Source of the DNA: Thiobacillus sp.
Lineage (GTDB): Bacteria; Pseudomonadota; Gammaproteobacteria; Burkholderiales; Thiobacillaceae
Assembly (NCBI GenBank): GCA_049283775.1
Contig: JBAPWR010000042.1
Coordinates: forward strand, 1 to 39,412
Length of the DNA: 39,412 bases
Direction of reading: 5' to 3'
Shown: positions 1 through 9,487 of the stretch, piece by piece
How positions within the stretch are numbered: position 1 is the stretch's first letter
How the letters are laid out: each line of letters begins with the position of its first letter
Made by a program: the position numbers and the translations under genes
The notes under the pieces: generated by a model
What the model was told of the DNA's origin: nothing
Databases searched by the model: none
What the model saw: the letters and a program-made list of their open reading frames with translations, nothing else

Positions 1-336
1 AGCCAGGCGATCGAGCGGCTCGCCCGCCGCTTCAAGACCCGCGACGAGGGCCCTGCCTCGGCCTTCCATGCCGAACTGCTGGAACGACTGACCCAACAGA
101 CGAAGATCGCCGACGACGCCCTGCTCAAGCTCGCGCAGGCGCGGGGCGAGGCGATGCGCGATTCCCTGGTCAGGCTGGGCCTCGAACCCGGCCGTGTTGG
201 CATCGATGCTCCCGTCGAGCAATCCGCAAAGGACAAGCTGGTCGGCAGCAAGATGAGCCTGGGGGCACGCCAGCTGCCGGAGGCTACGTCCGGGGGCGAG
301 GCTGGCGCTGCCGCTCCGGCCACGCCCGCACCCTGA
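1..336 (+). CDS. 3' end of a gene truncated by the window start; possibly the C-terminus of a DUF748-type envelope protein
   Basis: Frame 1 is open from base 1 to TGA at 334-336 (SQAIERLARRF...LLKLAQARGEAMRDSLVRLGLEPGRV...). The L-LA--R--A-R--L---G----R pattern resembles DUF748 C-termini (recall, not searched). Confidence 0.5.
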   Translation, partial: SQAIERLARRFKTRDEGPASAFHAELLERLTQQTKIADDALLKLAQARGEAMRDSLVRLGLEPGRVGIDAPVEQSAKDKLVGSKMSLGARQLPEATSGGEAGAAAPATPAP

Positions 337-465
337 TTGTCACGGCAGGCAATGCGCGTAGCAGGAACGGCTGGGCCCGGCGCTCAGGGCCGTCCCGGCG
401 CGTGATGCTTCAAGCCGTGCGAGGCTTTGCCGTTATGTTTGAATCCCTTGTCCGGTGTTTCCGCC

Positions 466-1254
466 ATGAGTTTTCGTCGATTGCGCATCCTGCTGCTGCT
501 GGGTGTGCTGGCCGCCGCCATCAGCCTGACCTGGCTCGAGCAGACCATGGTGCGCAGCTGGCGGGCCCCGCTCGAGGTGAGCGTGACCCCGATCAACGGC
601 GACGGCTCGCCACAGGCCGCGGCGGCGATCCGCGCGCTGAAGGCAGGCGACTTCAGCGACATCAATGCCTTTCTCGAACGTGAACTCGAACGCTACGGGA
701 TCCGCCGCTCACCGGCGATGACCCTGAGCCTGCAGCCGGAACTCGCGGAAATCCCACCCGCCCCACCACGTGACGGCAATGTGCTGAAGATCATGGCTTG
801 GAGCCTGAAAATGCGCTGGTGGGTGTACCGGCAGTCGGGGGTGTTGCTGCCGGAACTCGGCAAGATCAAATTGTTTTTGCTCTATCACGCGCCCGGGGAC
901 GGGGTGGCGCTGGAGCATTCGCTGGGCTTGCAGAAGGGCCTGATCGGCGTGGTTCACGTTTTTGCCGACCCGCGCCAGCAATCGCAGAACAACATCGTCG
1001 TCGCCCACGAACTGCTGCACACCCTGGGCGCGACCGACAAGTACGATCAGGACGGCCGGCCGGTCTACCCGATCGGCTACGCTGATCCCGAGCAGCCGCA
1101 ATCTGCGCGGCGCTATCAGGCGGAAATCATGGCGGGGCGCCTGATCGACGGCGCTGGTCGGGCGGTCATGCCGCAGGGTCTGGAGCAGTGCCTGATCGGC
1201 CCGACCACCGCCCACGAGATCAACTTCGGCGCGGCGTTTCGCAGCAGTTATTGA
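466..1254 (+). CDS. Membrane-anchored hypothetical protein, putative zinc metallopeptidase (metzincin-like)
   Basis: ATG at 466 followed by an N-terminal hydrophobic anchor; HELLHTLGATD (HExxHxxGxxD) motif and a downstream EIMAG Met-turn-like segment. Confidence 0.7.
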   Translation: MSFRRLRILLLLGVLAAAISLTWLEQTMVRSWRAPLEVSVTPINGDGSPQAAAAIRALKAGDFSDINAFLERELERYGIRRSPAMTLSLQPELAEIPPAPPRDGNVLKIMAWSLKMRWWVYRQSGVLLPELGKIKLFLLYHAPGDGVALEHSLGLQKGLIGVVHVFADPRQQSQNNIVVAHELLHTLGATDKYDQDGRPVYPIGYADPEQPQSARRYQAEIMAGRLIDGAGRAVMPQGLEQCLIGPTTAHEINFGAAFRSSY

Positions 1255-1982
1255 AGCGGGGGCGGCGGCGACGAGGCACGCATCTCGTCAAGCCGTGCCA
1301 GTCCGTAGTGGATGAACGCCAGGCCTGCCAGTACCGCCGCGAAGAGATTGAGCAGCGGGACGAACTGGATCAGACCGGTCAGCAATCCGAGACCCCACCA
1401 TGCCGGGCGTCGCGATTCGAACAGGCTGCGCATTTCTTCGTGGCTGGCGTGTTCGGCCAGCGCGTCGTAGCGGAACAGGCGCTGGTTGAGATAGGCGGCA
1501 GCGATGAAGGGCATGATCACGCCGACCCCGATCAGCCACAGCGGCAGGGTGACGACCCAGATGACGACAAAGATCAGCAGCGCGATCAGGGCATTGAGGA
1601 GACTGCCGAAAAATCCGCCGCCGCTGGCGCGTACCAGGTGCGGATAGTCGCGCTCGGCCACCAGACGGATCAGTGCCGGCATGGCGAACAGCGCGGTGAT
1701 CAGCAGGGCGGTGAGGAAGACCAGCGGCACGAACAGCATGAGGTGCAGCATGCCCTGGATGCCGTGGGCGATCCAGCGCGGCTCGACGCCCTCGAGCCAG
1801 ACCTGGATGCCGATCGCGTCGAGACCCTGGGTGATCCAGCCGGAGAAGGTGCTCCAGAAAGTGATGCCCACTGCCAGCCACAGCAGGCTGGCAGCGAGGA
1901 TCGGCCACATTACGATCCATAGCACGCGGAAGCGGAACAGGTCGCGCAGCGCGCGCCCCAGTGCGTCGAGCACGGCCGTCAT
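1248..1982 (-). CDS. EI24/CysZ-family membrane protein
   Basis: Starts MTAVLDALGRALRDLF, overlapping the mog stop; several hydrophobic helices and motifs YLNQRLFRYDAL and VPLLNLF. Confidence 0.8.
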   Translation of the reverse strand: MTAVLDALGRALRDLFRFRVLWIVMWPILAASLLWLAVGITFWSTFSGWITQGLDAIGIQVWLEGVEPRWIAHGIQGMLHLMLFVPLVFLTALLITALFAMPALIRLVAERDYPHLVRASGGGFFGSLLNALIALLIFVVIWVVTLPLWLIGVGVIMPFIAAAYLNQRLFRYDALAEHASHEEMRSLFESRRPAWWGLGLLTGLIQFVPLLNLFAAVLAGLAFIHYGLARLDEMRASSPPPPLQ

Positions 1983-2542
1983 GCGCCGCCTCCGGCCGGC
2001 CGTTGGGCCGACTTCGGGCGGAACGCGGCGATCGTGCCGGGCCGCGTCTCGAGATAGGGGCCGCCGATGAGATCGATGCAGTAGGGCACGGCGGCGAACA
2101 CGCCGTCGAGCGTCTCGGCGATCGCCTTGGGCTGGCCCGGCAGGTTGAGGATCAGGCTGGCGCCGCGCACCACCCCGACCTGGCGCGAGAGGATCGCGGT
2201 CGGCACATATTTCAGCGATACCGCGCGCATCGCCTCGCCGAATCCGGGCAGCACCCTGTCGGCGACCGCCAGCGTGGCCTCGGGCGTGACGTCGCGCGGC
2301 GCCGGCCCGGTGCCGCCGGTGGTCAGGATCAGCGCACACTGTTCCCGCTCGGCGAGTTCGATCAGCGTCGCCTCGATCTCGTCCTGCTCGTCGGGAATCA
2401 GGCGTTCGACGGTTTCCAGAGGGTTGGCCAGCACATTGTCGAACCACTGCTTCAGCGCCGGCAGTCCACGGTCTTCGTAGACGCCGCTACTGGCGCGGTC
2501 GCTGATGGAAACCAGGCCGATGCGAACGAGGTCGGAGCTCAT
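1979..2542 (-). CDS. mog: Molybdopterin adenylyltransferase
   Basis: IGLVSISDRASSGVYEDRG, LILTTGGTGPAPRDVTPEAT, PGFGEAMR, NLPGQPKAI. Confidence 0.95.
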   Translation of the reverse strand: MSSDLVRIGLVSISDRASSGVYEDRGLPALKQWFDNVLANPLETVERLIPDEQDEIEATLIELAEREQCALILTTGGTGPAPRDVTPEATLAVADRVLPGFGEAMRAVSLKYVPTAILSRQVGVVRGASLILNLPGQPKAIAETLDGVFAAVPYCIDLIGGPYLETRPGTIAAFRPKSAQRPAGGGA

Positions 2543-2614
2543 GAGGTAGAAAAATAGGATTGCATTGATGGACGAATTTACCAGAATGAAGGCATCACAA
2601 GGCGGAGAGTCGCG

Positions 2615-3106
2615 ATGAAAATAATCTGGGCGTGGTTGGCAGCGAGCATGTTGTGGGCAGCATCGGTTCAGGCCGATCCCCCCAAGGGCTATCCCTTCGT
2701 CGGCTTCGATGCCGGCCTGAAGGCGGCGAAGTCGAGCGGCAAGCCGATATTCGTCTACTTCGGCCGCTATGGTTGTGCCTGGTGCGACCACACCAACAAG
2801 CAGACCTTCTCCGACGAGGGGCTGCGGAAGCTCTATACGCAGAACTACGAGCTGGTCTACGTCGACGCCGAATCCGGCCGTCGGCTGACGCTGCCGAACG
2901 GCGAGCGCATCACCGAAGCCGAGCTCGGCGTGCGGCTCAAGGCCTTCGCCACCCCGCTGTTCGTCTATTTCACGCCGCAGGGCGAGCGCATCGTGCAGAT
3001 CCCCGGATTCAAGACGGTGAAGGACTTCCGCGACTACGATCGTTATGTCCGCGAGGGGCATTACAAGAGCAAGACGCTGCTGGAGTTCCTGGGCGACAAG
3101 TCATGA
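2615..3106 (+). CDS. Periplasmic thioredoxin-family protein (SoxW-like)
   Basis: Signal peptide ending VQA; GKPIFVYFGRYGCAWC CxxC motif; ATP cis-Pro loop; GGAGAG RBS upstream. Confidence 0.85.
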   Translation: MKIIWAWLAASMLWAASVQADPPKGYPFVGFDAGLKAAKSSGKPIFVYFGRYGCAWCDHTNKQTFSDEGLRKLYTQNYELVYVDAESGRRLTLPNGERITEAELGVRLKAFATPLFVYFTPQGERIVQIPGFKTVKDFRDYDRYVREGHYKSKTLLEFLGDKS

Positions 3107-4290
3107 GGGCACTGATTTTTCTGGCGGCCTCACTGTTCGTCCATCCGCTCCAGGCAGGCTGGCAATTCGCCGAGCCGCTGAGCGTCAGTTCGGTGCATGG
3201 CGCCGCCATCTTTCATCATCTCGAATCGGCCAATCGCCTGGGCGTCGCGGTATCGGCGCAGACCGTCGCGGTGGCCTGGGAAGACAACCGCAGCGGCACG
3301 CCGCATTGCTATGTGGCATTCAGGGAGTCCCCGGCAAAATCCTTCGCCAACGAAATCCGCCTGAGCGAGCAATCCTGCTACGAGCCCGTGGTGCTCGGAT
3401 TGGGCGGCGGGCGCTTCGTCGCAGCCTGGGAAGAGGCGGGCAGAGTGCGGGCCCGGGTCGTGCCTGGCGCAGCCCCGGCATTGACCCTGTCCGGCGCCGA
3501 GGCCGGGCAGGCGACGCTGGCTGCCGGCGCGGGCAAGATTTACGCCGCCTGGGCCGAGCAGGCGGGCAGGTTCCGCCGCATCGTCGTCGGCCATCTGGCA
3601 CTCGATGAATCCGCGCTCGCGCTCGATGCGGTCCATCCGGTCGAGCCGCGCGAGCCGCTCGACGAACAGGCCTGGCCCGCCCTCGCGGTGGCCGGCGATG
3701 GCAGCCTGGCGGTGGTGTGGGAAGATCGCCGCCACAAGCACACGGTGCCGATGCACAGCCACAGCAAGGATGGCAAGGTTTTCTCTGCACCGGCGCGTCT
3801 CAGCGAAGTTCCCAGCGGCAGCGTGCAGGGACTCGGTGCCGGGGTCGGCGCGATGCGCCCGACCCTCACGCCATGGGGAGCGAAAGGCGTGGCGGCGGCC
3901 TGGCTCGACAAGCGCGATTTCCTTTCCGGCTACGATGTTTACGCCGGCCTCAGCAGCGATGGCGGCCGCAGCTACGGCCGCAACCTCATGGTGCAGGACA
4001 GCTTCGGCGCCAACATGGCGCAATGGCACGCGCAGGTCGTCGGCAACGGCGCAGGACGGCTGCTGGTGGTGTGGGACGACGAGCGCGATGGCACGGCGGA
4101 CATCTGGATGAGCGAGTGGGACGGCGAGGCATTCGGCGAGGACATGGCGCCACGCGGTGCTGCGGGTCCTGGTTCACAGTCCGATCCGGTAGCGGCGCTC
4201 GACGATGCGGGCAATCTGCATCTGGCCTGGATCGAGCGCCGCGACGACGGCGGCACCCGGATCCGCTATTCCAGCGCATCGCCGCGCTGA
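3103..4290 (+). CDS. Secreted BNR/Asp-box repeat (sialidase-like beta-propeller) protein
   Basis: ATG overlaps the thioredoxin stop (ATGA); signal peptide MRALIFLAASLFVHPLQA; repeated VAWED/VVWED/VVWDD units and Asp-box-like SSDGGRSY and SKDGKVF. Confidence 0.7.
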   Translation: MRALIFLAASLFVHPLQAGWQFAEPLSVSSVHGAAIFHHLESANRLGVAVSAQTVAVAWEDNRSGTPHCYVAFRESPAKSFANEIRLSEQSCYEPVVLGLGGGRFVAAWEEAGRVRARVVPGAAPALTLSGAEAGQATLAAGAGKIYAAWAEQAGRFRRIVVGHLALDESALALDAVHPVEPREPLDEQAWPALAVAGDGSLAVVWEDRRHKHTVPMHSHSKDGKVFSAPARLSEVPSGSVQGLGAGVGAMRPTLTPWGAKGVAAAWLDKRDFLSGYDVYAGLSSDGGRSYGRNLMVQDSFGANMAQWHAQVVGNGAGRLLVVWDDERDGTADIWMSEWDGEAFGEDMAPRGAAGPGSQSDPVAALDDAGNLHLAWIERRDDGGTRIRYSSASPR

Positions 4291-4299
4291 GCCAGGCGG

Positions 4300-5271
4300 C
4301 TAGATCCAGCCGCGTTTTCGCAGGTGCCGGTACAGCCTCAGCATGCCGAGGCCGGTCAGAACCAGCAGTGCCGGATATGCCCACGGCCAATCCAGTTCCG
4401 GCATGTTGCTGAAATTCATCCCGTAGAGGCTGAAAACCACGGTCGGCATGGCCAGCAGTGCGCCCCATCCGGCCAGTTTCTGCACCGACTCGTTCTGGCT
4501 CAGCGACAGCGAGGCGAGATGGAACTGCATGGCATCGGAGGTCGAGTTGCGCAAGTGGCTGATGGCGGAAGAAACGCGCACCGCGTGGTCATGCACGTCG
4601 CGATAGTAGGCGCGCAGTTCGCGGGTGACGAATTCCGGATGCAGGCGGATCAGGTCCTGGGTGATTTCCTGCATCGGATCGACGGCATCGCGCAAGGCGG
4701 TGAGTTCGCGCTTCAGCGCATACAGGTTCTCGAGATTTTTTCGCCCGGGCTGCCGGGTTTCCAGCAGCAGGCTTTCGAGTGACTGAAAGCGCTCCTGCAT
4801 GTTCTCGATGACCGGCCTGAACTGGTCGACGATCAGATCGAGCGCCAGATAAAGAGCATACGGTGCTCCCGGCCTGATTTTCGGTTTGCGATAGCGTAGC
4901 CGTTCGGAAACGCGCTGGTAGTCGCTGCCTGCACCATGGCGTATCGCGATGAGGAAATTGGCACCGGCAAAAAGATGGCTTTCGCCGATCGCGATCCGGC
5001 CCTCCCACAACTGCGCGGTGCGCGCCGCGATGAACAGATGACCGCCATATTCCTCGAGCTTGGTGCGCTGGTGGATGGAGATGGCGTCTTCCAGCGCCAG
5101 TTCGTGCAGTCCGAACTCCTCACCCAGCTGGGTGATGGTGCGGCTGTCGGGCGAAGCCAGCTCGATCCAGATGAAATTGTCCGCATCGCCGATGTGCTCG
5201 CTGACATCCTCCAGCGGGATCGGGTTGACCGTTTCGGCCCGGAACAGCAGGCAGTCAATGATGGATTTCAA
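4300..5271 (-). CDS. corA: CorA-family Mg2+/Co2+ transporter
   Basis: FGLHELALED, YYRDVHDH and YGMNFSNMPEL signature between two C-terminal TM helices; TTG start. Confidence 0.92.
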   Translation of the reverse strand: MKSIIDCLLFRAETVNPIPLEDVSEHIGDADNFIWIELASPDSRTITQLGEEFGLHELALEDAISIHQRTKLEEYGGHLFIAARTAQLWEGRIAIGESHLFAGANFLIAIRHGAGSDYQRVSERLRYRKPKIRPGAPYALYLALDLIVDQFRPVIENMQERFQSLESLLLETRQPGRKNLENLYALKRELTALRDAVDPMQEITQDLIRLHPEFVTRELRAYYRDVHDHAVRVSSAISHLRNSTSDAMQFHLASLSLSQNESVQKLAGWGALLAMPTVVFSLYGMNFSNMPELDWPWAYPALLVLTGLGMLRLYRHLRKRGWI

Positions 5272-5317
5272 CTCCGGCGCCGGGCACGATCCAGTGCGAA
5301 ACAGAACATCGCGGCGC

Positions 5318-5593
5318 TCAACCGATGTGGTAGCGCTTGCGCAGCGGTTCGACGATATTCCAGATGCAGATCATGTCGGAAGGGATGGTGACCAGATTGC
5401 CCTTGCTGATCTCTACAGGGGCGCCGCCTTCCGGGGTGATGATCGCCCGGCCTTCGAGTATGTAGCTGATCTCGTCCTCGAAATACTCCCATGGAAACTT
5501 GGAGACTTCCTTTTCCCAGACCTGCCAATGGTCGACGCCGAGGCTGGCGAGCCGTTCGGCGCTCGGGCTGGTTTCTACGATGATTTGCGTCAT
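5318..5593 (-). CDS. Small cupin-domain protein (DUF861-like)
   Basis: WQVWEKEVSKFPWEY...EISYILEG...GNLVTIP...KRY; RBS GGGGGAG before ATG at 5593. Confidence 0.85.
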   Translation of the reverse strand: MTQIIVETSPSAERLASLGVDHWQVWEKEVSKFPWEYFEDEISYILEGRAIITPEGGAPVEISKGNLVTIPSDMICIWNIVEPLRKRYHIG

Positions 5594-5735
5594 TTCGATC
5601 TCCCCCTGTCGTTGTGAATCCTGGTGTTTGTATAGCACGGTGCCGCCGGGTTTGGAACGAAAATCCGGCAACCCTCGATCCGCACGTCAGCGGACATCAT
5701 TCCAGCCGGCCCGATTTGTCCTGCGTCCTTGCGGA

Positions 5736-7112
5736 TCAGAAGGGCAGATCGAGGGCCGGCGCAGCGGCGTGGATGACGCGGCGGAATTCTTCCTGGATGC
5801 GCTTAAGGGCCCCGGCGTTGTCTCCCTCGAAACGCAGCACGATGACCGGTGTGGTGTTGGACGGCCGTGCCAGGCCGAAGCCGTCGGCATATTCGACCCG
5901 CAGCCCGTCGAGCGTGATGACTTCGCGCGAGCCGGGGAATTCGGCGGTCTTCTGCAGCGTCTCCATCAGCGCGTAATGCTCGCCCTCGGCCATCTTGATC
6001 TGCAGTTCGGGAGTGTTGACGGTGTCAGGCAGGCCGTGCAGGGTGGCATCGATGTCGGCCTGTCTGGAGAGGTATTCGAGCATGCGCGCGCCTGCATACA
6101 GGCCGTCGTCGAAACCGTACCAGCGTTCCTTGAAGAAGACGTGGCCGGACATCTCACCCGCCAGCAGCGCGCCGGTTTCCTTCATCTTGGCCTTGATGAA
6201 GGAGTGGCCGGTTTTCCATAGCAGCGGGCGGCCGCCGCGATCGCGAATCCAGTCAAACAGCTTGCGCGTCGATTTGACGTCGAAAATGATTTCCGCGCCG
6301 GGGTTGCGCGACAGTACGTCGTCGGCGAACAGCATCAGCTGGCGGTCGGGATAGATGATGCTGCCGTCCTTGGTGACGATGCCCAGGCGGTCGCCGTCGC
6401 CATCGAAGGCGAGTCCGATCTCGGCGTCGCTGCTCTTCAGCGCGGCGATCAGGTCCTGCAGGTTCTTCGGCACCGAGGGATCGGGGTGATGGTTGGGGAA
6501 GTTACCGTCGACTTCGCAGAACAGTTCCTCGACCTGGCAGCCCATGTCGCGATAAAGCCTGGGCGCGAAGGCGCCCGCAACCCCGTTGCCGCAGTCGACG
6601 ATGATTTTCATCGGCCGCGCCAGCTTGACGTCGCCGACGATGCGCGCGATGTATTCGCCGGCGATGGCGTATTCGCGAAAGCTGCCGGCACCGTGGGCGA
6701 GCTCGTTGTTTTCCAGGCGCTGGCGCAGCTTCTGGATACTGTCGCCCGACAGGGTTTCACCGCCGAGCACCATCTTCAGGCCGTTGTAGTCGGGCGGGTT
6801 GTGGCTGCCGGTGACCATCACCGCGCTGTTGGTGCCGAGCTGGTAGGCAGCGAAATAGGTCATCGGCGTGGCGACCATGCCGAGGTCGACGACGCCGATA
6901 CCGGCCTTGCGTATGCCACGCGCCAGCGCGGCGGCGAGTTCCGCTCCGGACAACCGGCCGTCGCGGCCGATGCAGATTTCCTTCTGGCTGCGTGCCGCGG
7001 CTTCGGAGCCGATGGCGTGGCCGATGGCTTCGACGATTTCAGGCGTCAGGGTTTTGCCGACGATGCCGCGAATGTCGTAGGCCTTGAAAATCTCTTTGGG
7101 ATAGGAGGTCAT
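5736..7112 (-). CDS. algC: Phosphomannomutase/phosphoglucomutase
   Basis: IFKAYDIRG, VTGSHNP catalytic Ser, FDGDGDR metal loop, GEMSGH; true start MTSYPKE at 7112. Confidence 0.95.
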   Translation of the reverse strand: MTSYPKEIFKAYDIRGIVGKTLTPEIVEAIGHAIGSEAAARSQKEICIGRDGRLSGAELAAALARGIRKAGIGVVDLGMVATPMTYFAAYQLGTNSAVMVTGSHNPPDYNGLKMVLGGETLSGDSIQKLRQRLENNELAHGAGSFREYAIAGEYIARIVGDVKLARPMKIIVDCGNGVAGAFAPRLYRDMGCQVEELFCEVDGNFPNHHPDPSVPKNLQDLIAALKSSDAEIGLAFDGDGDRLGIVTKDGSIIYPDRQLMLFADDVLSRNPGAEIIFDVKSTRKLFDWIRDRGGRPLLWKTGHSFIKAKMKETGALLAGEMSGHVFFKERWYGFDDGLYAGARMLEYLSRQADIDATLHGLPDTVNTPELQIKMAEGEHYALMETLQKTAEFPGSREVITLDGLRVEYADGFGLARPSNTTPVIVLRFEGDNAGALKRIQEEFRRVIHAAAPALDLPF

Positions 7113-7165
7113 GGTGCAATCCGTAAGTGGGTCTTGATTCCAGGCATGTTGCCGCTGTCGCGATT

Positions 7166-8152
7166 TTAACCGTGCCGCATGTCGAAATGAGCGATCAGGC
7201 GCCGCGACAGCCAGTCGATGTTTCCCGGGAACGGGCCGGCGGGGAAGGCGACGTGGCCGCCTGTTTCCGGCTGTTCGAGGGTCACTGCGGCAGAAACATC
7301 GTGCGCTGCCGGCAGGGTCGCAGCCGGCAGGAAGGGATCGTTCCTGGCGTTGATGACCAGAGTCGGCAGGGTGATGAATCGCAGCAAGGGCTTGCTCGAA
7401 ACCCGTTGCCAGTAGTCCTCGGCATCGCGATAGCCGTGCAGGCGCGCGGTCACCAGGGTGTCGAATTCGCGGAAGGTGGTCGCCGCCGCGATCGCCTTGG
7501 TATCGAGCAGCCCGGGAAACTGTTGCGCCTTGCGCAGTGCCTTGGCCTTGAGCGTGGCGAGGAAGCGCGCGGTATAGACATGGCGGTTGAATCCCCGGTC
7601 CAGTGTTTGCCCGGCGGCGGTCAGGTCGACCGGGGCAGAGACCGCTGCGGCGCTTGCTATCCAGGCTTCCGCGGCCGCACCTTGTTCGCCCAGCCACTTG
7701 AGCAGGGCGTTGCCGCCGAGCGAGACTCCGACGGCATGGCGCAACTGCCCGGGATGACGCGCCTTTACGTGCTCGAGGATGCGGCCGATTTCGTCGCTGT
7801 CGCCGGCGAAATAAGCGCGCGGCAGCCGGTTGTCCTCACCCGAGCAGCCACGGAAGTGCGCGACGACTCCGTTCCAGCCGCGTGCCCGCACGCTGTGCAT
7901 GAGGTGGCGGGCATAGTGGCTGTTCGAACTGCCTTCCAGGCCGTGGAGCAGCACCACGACAGGTGCGGCGGGGTCGGCGTCGACCCAGTCGAAGTCGAGA
8001 AAATCACCGTCCGCCAGTTCCACCCGTTCGCGTCGGTAAAAGACGCGCGGGGTGCGGATGAACAGGCTGGTATAGATGGTCTGCAGATGACCGCCGGGCA
8101 GCCACGGTGGCGCGCGATAGTCGGATACGGGGACGGGGCGGTCAGCGGGCAA
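7166..8152 (-). CDS. YheT-family alpha/beta hydrolase
   Basis: WLPGGHLQT, LHGLEGSSNSHY, HFRGCSG, GVSLGG nucleophile elbow, NDPF, GGHVAF. Start uncertain (TTG at 8152 chosen). Confidence 0.85.
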   Translation of the reverse strand: MPADRPVPVSDYRAPPWLPGGHLQTIYTSLFIRTPRVFYRRERVELADGDFLDFDWVDADPAAPVVVLLHGLEGSSNSHYARHLMHSVRARGWNGVVAHFRGCSGEDNRLPRAYFAGDSDEIGRILEHVKARHPGQLRHAVGVSLGGNALLKWLGEQGAAAEAWIASAAAVSAPVDLTAAGQTLDRGFNRHVYTARFLATLKAKALRKAQQFPGLLDTKAIAAATTFREFDTLVTARLHGYRDAEDYWQRVSSKPLLRFITLPTLVINARNDPFLPAATLPAAHDVSAAVTLEQPETGGHVAFPAGPFPGNIDWLSRRLIAHFDMRHG

Positions 8153-8219
8153 GGATCGGCAGATCAGCGGAGGACGCGAGGCATGCGATGTTGCGGCACG
8201 GACGACAATCCGCTCATGT

Positions 8220-8642
8220 TCAGTGAAGAACCGGCGGCGGGGTGCGTGTCGGCGGAGTGTCGCCGACCCTGAGCGGCGAGGCATGGTGCAGGACCATGCG
8301 CCAGCCATCGAAGTCCTTGCGGTAGACATTGGTAGCGAGGATGGGAGGGCGCGCTTCGGCTTCCTGGCCGATGGTCAGGTGTTCCTTGACGATGCGCATC
8401 ACCAGGGTGGCTTGGCGCGCTTCGTGGACGCTTTCCACCTGCACCCGGAACTGCCCGGCGGCTTCGAACATGCTGCGCCATCCCGCAGCGACGGCAACGC
8501 GTCCATTCAACGGCGCGGCAAGCGGATGGATGCAGGCGATGCTGTCGTCTTCAGCCCAGACGGCCATCATGGCATCCAGGTCGCGCGCCTCGAAGGAGGC
8601 GTAGAAAGCGGCTTCGGCGGCTTCAGGGCTTGGGTGAGGCAT
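8220..8642 (-). CDS. SnoaL/NTF2-like (YybH-type) protein
   Basis: AFYASFEARDLDAMMAVW...CIHP...ATNVY...WRMVLHHAS. Confidence 0.85.
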   Translation of the reverse strand: MPHPSPEAAEAAFYASFEARDLDAMMAVWAEDDSIACIHPLAAPLNGRVAVAAGWRSMFEAAGQFRVQVESVHEARQATLVMRIVKEHLTIGQEAEARPPILATNVYRKDFDGWRMVLHHASPLRVGDTPPTRTPPPVLH

Positions 8643-8941
8643 TTTATGGGACGGTAACGGAATGAGTGATAAGGCTGGTGTTCCAAGGCTGGATTCGATG
8701 AAAAAAGAAGGGCGTTGATTCCCGGCCTGGGCTTGGACCAAGGCTACAACAGCTGATTCGGGGCACGCAAAATTCCATGCCCGAAGTGCGCTGATGAATC
8801 AGGCCGCAACCGATATCGAAGCGACAAAGGGCGGCTTTTGCGAAATGTTCCGGAACACGGCGCTTGCGGAGTTTGAATCCGATTTGCTGCCGACGCGGTG
8901 GGCGTATCTGAGCTTTCCCAGGTCCCGCCGCCGGGACGGAA

Positions 8942-9460
8942 TTATTGAGCAATATTCGCCAGTACGGCCTTTTCTTCCTCGACGAACTTCTTCAGCAGCG
9001 GCTCGAATACCGGGGTGGCCATTTTCGCCATGAACTCGGTATTGGGCTTGGCGATGTAGACTTTGCCGTCGGTGCCTTCGAAAACGCTCATGCGGCAGGG
9101 TGCGAACGGCATGGCTTTCTGCTCCGCCTGGGTTTTCAGCAGGCTTTCGGCGAGATCCTGCTTGCACATCGGCAGAACGGTGAAGGGCTTGGCGTTCTTC
9201 TGTCCGGCCTTGATCATCACTTCCTGCATGTCGATCGCCTGGCCGACCTGCCAGCCGCGCTTCTTGGCGGCTTCCTGCAGCGCGGCAATGGTTTCCTTGA
9301 AGCCGAGCCTGCTCTTCGTCTCGGTCATCATGGCCGCCATCATCTTGGCCTGGGCTTCCTGCATCTTTTTCATCTCGGCCTGCTGGTCCTGGGGACCTGC
9401 GGCGTGGGCGGGGCCGGCTACCAGGACGGCGAGGACGACAACTTGGATAAAACGCTTCAT
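8942..9460 (-). CDS. Periplasmic DUF302-domain protein
   Basis: Signal peptide ending AHA; ETIAALQEAAKKRGW, MC, APCRMSVFE, GKVYI pattern; GGAGGAG RBS. Confidence 0.8.
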   Translation of the reverse strand: MKRFIQVVVLAVLVAGPAHAAGPQDQQAEMKKMQEAQAKMMAAMMTETKSRLGFKETIAALQEAAKKRGWQVGQAIDMQEVMIKAGQKNAKPFTVLPMCKQDLAESLLKTQAEQKAMPFAPCRMSVFEGTDGKVYIAKPNTEFMAKMATPVFEPLLKKFVEEEKAVLANIAQ

Positions 9461-9487
9461 GTGCTTCTCCTCCGGGTTGGGTGTTGT

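Noticed and set aside
5736..7697. N-terminally extended or fused versions of algC, mog, ilvE, zwf and greB in the ORF track
   Set aside because: The extensions overlap neighbouring real genes; internal starts match the family N-termini.
8766..8782. Sigma54-like site GGCATGGAATTTTGC on the minus strand
   Set aside because: The GG-GC spacing is 11 nt, not the required 10.
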